From: an uncultured Acidobacteriota bacterium
GTDB lineage: Bacteria; Acidobacteriota; Terriglobia; Acidiferrales; UBA7541
Assembly: GCA_963711325.1 (NCBI GenBank)
Contig: CAVQDR010000004.1
Coordinates: 762,124 to 826,123 of the forward strand
DNA length: 64,000 bases
Direction of reading: 5' to 3'
Part shown: positions 59,905-64,000 of the stretch, piece after piece
Position numbering within the stretch: the first letter of the stretch is position 1
Layout: every line of letters starts with the position of its first letter
Notes under the pieces: model-generated
Database searches by the model: none
Told to the model about the DNA's origin: nothing
Seen by the model: the letters and a program-made list of their open reading frames with translations, nothing else
Position numbers and translations under genes: made by a program

Positions 59905-60366
59905 CTGTTTCTCCGTTCTGCAGTTTGAATAGGAAAAAATTTCAGATGGCTTTCAGATCTTCGTTCGCGCTCGACCATCCTCGGCCAAACACACCAATGC
60001 ACTCCGCTCGCCATAATCCCCAGCGCTGGAACTGCATCAATTGTTGGGTCTTAGTGAGCTTCTGCGAATTTTGTGACTACCAGTTCTGGTAGACCGCTTG
60101 CATCCTCATATCCGGATTTCAGAAAGTTCCCAGCCTACTGTTTTTCGGTATTCATCCGTCCGCCGGTATCCGAATTTTGGAATGGTCCATCGCGAAAATT
60201 TCCGCCCCGCGTTTTTCTTTTGTCCGCATCTGAACGCTTGCGACACTGTCCCAAACCGCACGCCGCTTTCGCCACAAGCTTCTGATTCCAATCAAAATAT
60301 TTTCGTCTGGCATAAAACAAAAATCGCCTTTCATGCGTCTAACCTTGTGACAGGGGGTATGTCTCT

Positions 60367-60921
60367 ATGAGAGAGGAAATTCGAAAAGAGTTGGAATTAT
60401 TCGGATTCGGCCCTTCGGTCTTGCAGGCCGCCCTGCGTCAGCTCCCTAAAAAAATGTGGTGCTACCAGCCCCGTTCCGACCGCTGGAGCATTCACGATAT
60501 CGTCATTCATCTCGCTGACGCCGAAGCCAACGCCTACATTCGCTGCCGTGGTTTTATCGCCGAACCGGGCAATAGCGTCCCCGAATTTGACAGCGGCCGC
60601 TGGCGCCAATCACTTGGGTATTTCAATCAAAGCGTTCGCGAAGCGCTCGACATCATCATTCATCTGCGCAAAGCCACTCATAAATTGTTGTGCGCCCTGC
60701 CTGATCACACCTGGGAAAACAACGTCGCCCATCCGCGCCTCGGCACCATCACTCTCAAGCGCTGGATGACCATTCAGGAACGTCATATACCGCATCACAT
60801 CGAACACATGCGCGACAACTACAACAGCTGGAGCAAGCTGCACCCGGCCCGCAAGCCGGCCGCCGTGCCGCAGTATTCGCACAGCGAATCAATCGTTCCA
60901 GTAGCAGTAGCCATCGAATAA
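60367..60921 (+). CDS. DinB/YfiT-like metal-dependent four-helix-bundle protein
   Basis: [14 protein letters not shown] ... [11 protein letters not shown] gives the His triad pattern of the DinB superfamily. Confidence 0.75.
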   Translation: MREEIRKELELFGFGPSVLQAALRQLPKKMWCYQPRSDRWSIHDIVIHLADAEANAYIRCRGFIAEPGNSVPEFDSGRWRQSLGYFNQSVREALDIIIHLRKATHKLLCALPDHTWENNVAHPRLGTITLKRWMTIQERHIPHHIEHMRDNYNSWSKLHPARKPAAVPQYSHSESIVPVAVAIE

Positions 60922-61163
60922 TTCTCATCGCGGCGCTTCGGCCCAATTGTCGGAGCGCCGGTTTTCCTCGTTATACCGTTCTTGCGATTCTCCTTCCGCC
61001 CGCTCGACCTTCCATAATATCGATGCAACACATCGGCTTTTCCGTCCGGACCATTCCCGCCCTGGTGTTATCATTATTAAAGAGTCACCCCCGTATGCGG
61101 TCGCGCATCTATCGCCGACCACGGGCCCCTAATCTGATCCGTTGTACCAGGAGTGATCCAGTT

Positions 61164-62009
61164 ATGAACGCGACCGCCCTGAAATCTTTTCTTTTCGTCA
61201 GCGACTTCGACCAAACGCTGACCTTCAACGACTCCGGCTATGTGCTCTCCGAAATCGTCGGCATCCCCACCGAAGAATTCGAACGCAAAGCTCGCGGCAT
61301 GGCCAAGCTCAATCTCGTCCAGCAGGGCGCCGAACTGGCCTACCTGCTTCTGCATGATCCCGACCTGCGTTCCCGCGTCCGCAAAGAACATTTGATCCAG
61401 GTCGGAAAACAAATCCGCCTCAAATCCAATATCGGCCTCCTAAATCAAATTCTCGATCACGGCATCGAAGGCTATCATTTCGATTTCTACGTTCTCTCCG
61501 CCGCTCCCGTCGAAGTCGTTCGCAGCGCTCTCGAAGGCCTCTTGCCCGCCGATCACATTCACGGCACCGAATTCGTCTACAAGCCCACCGGCGAAATTGA
61601 CACCATCGTCCGCGCCACCGCCGGTTACGGCAAAGTCGCTTTCCTCGACGAACTCCAGGCCAGCAAGGAAATCGGCCCCGATCACGTCGTCTACGCCGGC
61701 GACGGTAGCTCCGACATTCACGTCATGCTCCACGTGAACGCGCGCGATGGTTTCACCATTGCCGTTTCCGAAACTGAACACGTCACCCAAATCGCTCAGC
61801 GCACCGTGCTCAGTCCCAACGCCCTCGGCGTCCTCGTCCCGATTCTCGAAAAAATTGTCGGCATGCATCGCACCCAAATCCGAAAATTCATCGAGTCCCA
61901 CGGATTCTTGATCCAGGAATGGGACAAAGTCCGTACCGACTGGCTCACGCTGCGTGCGGTAAAATCCGAAGTTCCAGAAGAATCCTTGGTAGAAGGGAAG
62001 CTGCGATGA
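61164..62009 (+). CDS. HAD-superfamily hydrolase (phosphoserine-phosphatase-like subfamily IB)
   Basis: Start reassigned to ATG 61164 (AGGAG RBS). Motif [11 protein letters not shown]. Motif [10 protein letters not shown]. Confidence 0.8.
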   Translation: MNATALKSFLFVSDFDQTLTFNDSGYVLSEIVGIPTEEFERKARGMAKLNLVQQGAELAYLLLHDPDLRSRVRKEHLIQVGKQIRLKSNIGLLNQILDHGIEGYHFDFYVLSAAPVEVVRSALEGLLPADHIHGTEFVYKPTGEIDTIVRATAGYGKVAFLDELQASKEIGPDHVVYAGDGSSDIHVMLHVNARDGFTIAVSETEHVTQIAQRTVLSPNALGVLVPILEKIVGMHRTQIRKFIESHGFLIQEWDKVRTDWLTLRAVKSEVPEESLVEGKLR

Positions 62010-62230
62010 TTTCCTACATCGGCTGGATCGCTACCGCCGTCTTCGCTGTCTCTTACTTTTGCAAGACGCCCAAATCCCTGCGCCTGGTCCAAGCCGTCGC
62101 CGCCTTAATGTGGGTCACCTACGGTGTGCTGATCCACGCCATGCCCGTAGTAGTCGCCAACGTCATCGTCGCCTTGGCCGCCGTGTATTCCTCGCTAGCT
62201 CCCGGCCGCAAAGTTCCCGCCACCGAATAA
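62006..62230 (+). CDS. Small 3-TM membrane protein (SemiSWEET/YgjV-like fold, hypothetical)
   Basis: ATG overlaps the HAD stop (ATGA). 74 aa with three predicted helices. [20 protein letters not shown] resembles the TM2-TM3 region of SemiSWEET-like proteins, but no PQ motif. Confidence 0.5.
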   Translation: MISYIGWIATAVFAVSYFCKTPKSLRLVQAVAALMWVTYGVLIHAMPVVVANVIVALAAVYSSLAPGRKVPATE

Positions 62231-62276
62231 TTCAGCCCGGGCCAAGTCGGTCAGCCGATCCGCCCGCTAACCCGAA

Positions 62277-62340
62277 AACCCCGCCCAACCAGCTCTTCGT
62301 GTTCTCTCTTTCGCTTTTCTCTGTGTCCTCTGTGTTAAAT
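62277..62340. repeat. REP-like element, family C (copy 2)
   Basis: See 41966..42031. Confidence 0.65.
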
Positions 62341-62508
62341 CTTTCGCTTTGCCCCGCATTTTCTCCCGCCAAAAGATCAGTGCATCCCTGTATGGCCCGC
62401 TTCTTCCCCCTGCGTTAGCCTGAATCACGTAACATCAGCGTAAGTCCTTATCTTCTTCTGCATGTACGGCTCTTGGGGTCTTCTCCCACAAGGAATACGA
62501 CGCAATTG

Positions 62509-64000
62509 ATGCCACGTTACACACGGGATAAAAATCTCTCACGCCTTCTCGGCGTCATCGTCGCCGTCGTGTTCGTTGCCACCCTGTATTTCGCCCGCGT
62601 CGTCCTCATTCCGTTCACTCTCGCCGTACTCCTCACTTTCGTCCTCACTCCCGTTGCCAAATTTCTCGAGCGTCTCCATTTCGGCCGCCTGCTCTCCACC
62701 GTTCTCGTCGTCGTGCTTTCCTTTCTCATCGTCGGCGCCGTCGGCTGGACCGTTACCCAGCAGTTCTCCGAAGTCATCAATCAACTTCCCAGTTACCGTA
62801 GCAACATTCGTCTGAAAGCCGAATCCTTGCCTTGGTCCAGAAGCACCGCCCTCAACAACGCCTCCGACACCATGAACGAAATCAGCAAGGATCTCTCCGC
62901 TCCTCCTGCGCATCCCGACGGCTCTGCTTCCGCCGCCTCCAAATACCCCACTCCCTCCCGCCAGCGTCCCCTGCCTGTCGAAATTGTAACGTCGCCCACG
63001 CTGCCGCTTGAATCCGTAGAAAATATTCTCGGCTTGCTCGCCACGTTTTGTATCGTCGTCGTTCTCACTTTTTTCATGCTCATTCGTCGGGAGAATCTTC
63101 GCAATCGCCTCATCTCTCTCGCCGGCCAGCGCAGCCTGCACATCATGACCCAGGCCATCGACGACGCCGCCGCGCGCGTCAGCCGTTATCTCCGTCTTCA
63201 GCTGCTCGTCAATATTTGCTACGGCGCCCTCGTCGGCACCGCCCTGCATTTCATCGGAATTCCCGGAGCCTTGCTCTGGGGCGTGGTGGTCGGCGTCCTG
63301 CGTTTTCTTCCCTACATCGGCCCGCCTCTCGGCGGAATCATGCCGCTGCTGCTTTCCATCGCCATCTTCAATGGCTGGATCAAGCCACTCGAAACCTTCG
63401 GACTTTTCGTCGTCACCGAAGTCCTGGTCTCCAATTTCATCGAGCCCATGCTCTACGGCGCCTACACCGGTATTTCCTCCATGGCCATTCTTCTCGCCGC
63501 AATTTTCTGGACCGCCATCTGGGGACCCATCGGCTTGGTCCTCTGCACTCCGCTCACTGTTTGTGTCGTGGTCATCGGCCGCCACGTTCCGCGTCTCGGT
63601 TTCCTCACCGTCCTGCTCGGCGACGAACCCGTCCTCGCTCCCGGCACGCGCTACTACCAGCGTCTGCTCGCTTTGGATCACGAAGAAGCCAAGCGCGTCC
63701 TCGAAAGCTCTCTACAGAATAAATCGCTGCTCGATCTCTACGATTCGGTTTTGGTTCCCGCCCTCGGTGTCGCCGAACGCGACCGACACCGCGAGCGCCT
63801 CGATCAGAATTCCGCAAAGTTCATCGCCGATAACACTCGCCGCATCGTCGGCGAACTTTTCGATGAACGCCGCGCCAACCCCCGCGCCGTCCTCGGCGAT
63901 GACCACGTCGCCGCCGTTGCTACTGCGCCCGGCGATTCCGCTCCCGTCGCGCCGGCGCCCAATGCGTCGCCCGCCACGCTTCCCAAAATCGTCGTCATGC
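62509..64000 (+). CDS. AI-2E (PerM/UPF0118) family transporter with C-terminal extension, 3' end beyond window
   Basis: Own translation from ATG 62509: MPRYTRDKNLSRLLGVIVAVVFVATLYFARVVLIPFTLAVLLTFVLTPVAKFLERL...LLWGVVVGVLRFLPYIGPPLG...VSNFIEPMLYGAYTGISSMAILLAAIFWTAIWGPIGLVLCTPLTVCVVV. Open to position 64000, so absent from the supplied ORF track. The 380-aa minus-strand ORF 62539..63681 is its shadow. Confidence 0.85.
   Translation, partial: MPRYTRDKNLSRLLGVIVAVVFVATLYFARVVLIPFTLAVLLTFVLTPVAKFLERLHFGRLLSTVLVVVLSFLIVGAVGWTVTQQFSEVINQLPSYRSNIRLKAESLPWSRSTALNNASDTMNEISKDLSAPPAHPDGSASAASKYPTPSRQRPLPVEIVTSPTLPLESVENILGLLATFCIVVVLTFFMLIRRENLRNRLISLAGQRSLHIMTQAIDDAAARVSRYLRLQLLVNICYGALVGTALHFIGIPGALLWGVVVGVLRFLPYIGPPLGGIMPLLLSIAIFNGWIKPLETFGLFVVTEVLVSNFIEPMLYGAYTGISSMAILLAAIFWTAIWGPIGLVLCTPLTVCVVVIGRHVPRLGFLTVLLGDEPVLAPGTRYYQRLLALDHEEAKRVLESSLQNKSLLDLYDSVLVPALGVAERDRHRERLDQNSAKFIADNTRRIVGELFDERRANPRAVLGDDHVAAVATAPGDSAPVAPAPNASPATLPKIVVM

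Noticed and set aside
60931-60965. Terminator after the DinB-like gene (cggcgct-N16-agcgccg then gtttt)
   Set aside because: It has only a 7-bp stem with a 16-nt loop and a short interrupted T tract. It is plausible but too weak to list as a feature.

Overview
High-GC (about 60% by eye, not computed) bacterial chromosome segment. Gene content looks acidobacterial (inference): a CarboxypepD_reg-type TonB receptor, CRTAC1/FG-GAP and BNR beta-propeller giants, CadC-like wHTH-TPR regulators, and intergenic REP elements that give 'SSRGAPSATKDLLL'-type shadow ORFs. About 45 genes are tightly packed on both strands. They cover central metabolism (acnA, yggX, zwf, glk), an EF-G2-like paralog, one tRNA-Arg(TCT), two ECF sigma factors, two sensor kinase systems, many secreted or lipoproteins, hydrolases and transporters. 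I see no CRISPR array, transposase, integrase, phage genes, toxin-antitoxin pair or recognisable defence system, so most of the window is ordinary. Six things merit a second look. (1) An ECF42-type sigma/DGPF operon has a promoter-like box that recurs, facing outward, inside a ~130-bp tandem structured repeat in a 0.9-kb gene-free gap (13.25-14.14 kb). (2) A heme peroxidase and flavin amine oxidase form a two-gene operon beside the tRNA, and the oxidase carries at least 6 frameshifts. (3) Single frameshifts split acnA, zwf, a propeller histidine kinase and an M48 peptidase, either assembly indels or real lesions. (4) Two giant propeller proteins share an odd C-terminal module: a TM hairpin ending in a lipobox-like Cys. 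(5) Tandem GH16-like lipoproteins are tightly linked to a Y_Y_Y propeller two-component system. (6) There are three REP-like repeat families. Many long ORFs in the supplied track are antisense or off-frame shadows of real genes. One real gene, the AI-2E transporter at 62509 to the window end, is missing from the track because it has no stop inside the window.
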